The notes under the pieces: generated by a model
What the model saw: only the letters and a program-made list of their open reading frames with translations
Databases searched by the model: none
What the model was told of the DNA's origin: nothing
NCBI RefSeq assembly: GCF_009914755.1
Contig: NC_060928.1
Length of the DNA: 64,000 nucleotides
Reading direction: 5' to 3' (one strand)
Source of the DNA: the human T2T-CHM13v2.0 reference genome, Homo sapiens
In this document: in pieces, positions 63,421 to 64,000 of the stretch
How positions within the stretch are numbered: position 1 is the stretch's first letter
How the letters are laid out: every line of letters starts with the position of its first letter
Made by a program: the position numbers and the translations under genes

Positions 63421-64000
63421 CGTCATTCATTAATCAAACTCTAGGTAAGCATATACTAAGTACCAGAGACACAAATGAGAATCAGGAACAGGCATGGCCC
63501 TGGCCCTCACAGTGACCACAGTCTAGAAGGGGAAGGATGACAAGCACAGAAACAGGAAGCCATAGCTGAGCTAGTGTCTACCACACAGAGGCATCTGGTG
63601 TCATGAAAGCAGATAACAGGGGGTTGCTGTGACTGAGTCAGTGTGGCCAGGTGTCCCTGAGGATGTAGTGACTCCACTGTCAGATGAGACCGTGACCAGG
63701 TGAAGAGGCAGGGAGAGGGAAAATCTTTCCAGGAAGAAAGAGCAGGATATGCAAAGGCCCTGTGGCAGGAAAAGAGCAAAGGAAGTTCAAGAGCCTGAAA
63801 GAGGCCAGAGAGAACAAGTGAACATGTGGATAATCACAGCACCGACCTCATACAGGACTTGCAAGAAATCGAGAGACTGTCTGTAATAGATTCAGTAACG
63901 ACTAAATAGAAACTATCTCCTAAAAGCACACGATGAGGCTTCTTGGTGGTATTTCCCATGTGAGGCTGCCATGAACTCAGAGGCCAAGTTCAACCTGCCT

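Overview
Primate (most likely human, from an AluYb8-diagnostic element) repeat-dense genomic DNA. I found no intact cellular protein-coding gene; nearly all ORF-track entries are Alu, L1, ERV or simple-repeat artefacts. In order, the window holds: a deleted HERV-T/S71 provirus (minus, tRNA-Thr PBS) with heavy G-to-A hypermutation; a MER11 solo LTR and a deleted HERV-K(HML-8) provirus in the same L2; an AluYb8/older-Alu chimera; an SNRPC retrocopy fragment; a ~13 kb nested L1 containing a full-length THE1, Alus, an L1PB fragment and a 1.2 kb TA-rich VNTR; a HERV-K(HML-2) 3' remnant with LTR5; RPS3A and RPS24 retrocopies; and a MADE1-derived MIR548I-type hairpin. This combination resembles, from memory, the multi-chromosomal OR7E/FAM86/ENPP7P-type segmental duplications, but the paralog cannot be identified from sequence alone. 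I cannot support a new biological system here. The strongest unusual signal is a fossil APOBEC3 attack on the HERV-T provirus, including apparently opposite-strand editing in its 5' U3. Family and subfamily calls come from recalled consensus motifs, not database searches, and most repeat boundaries are approximate.
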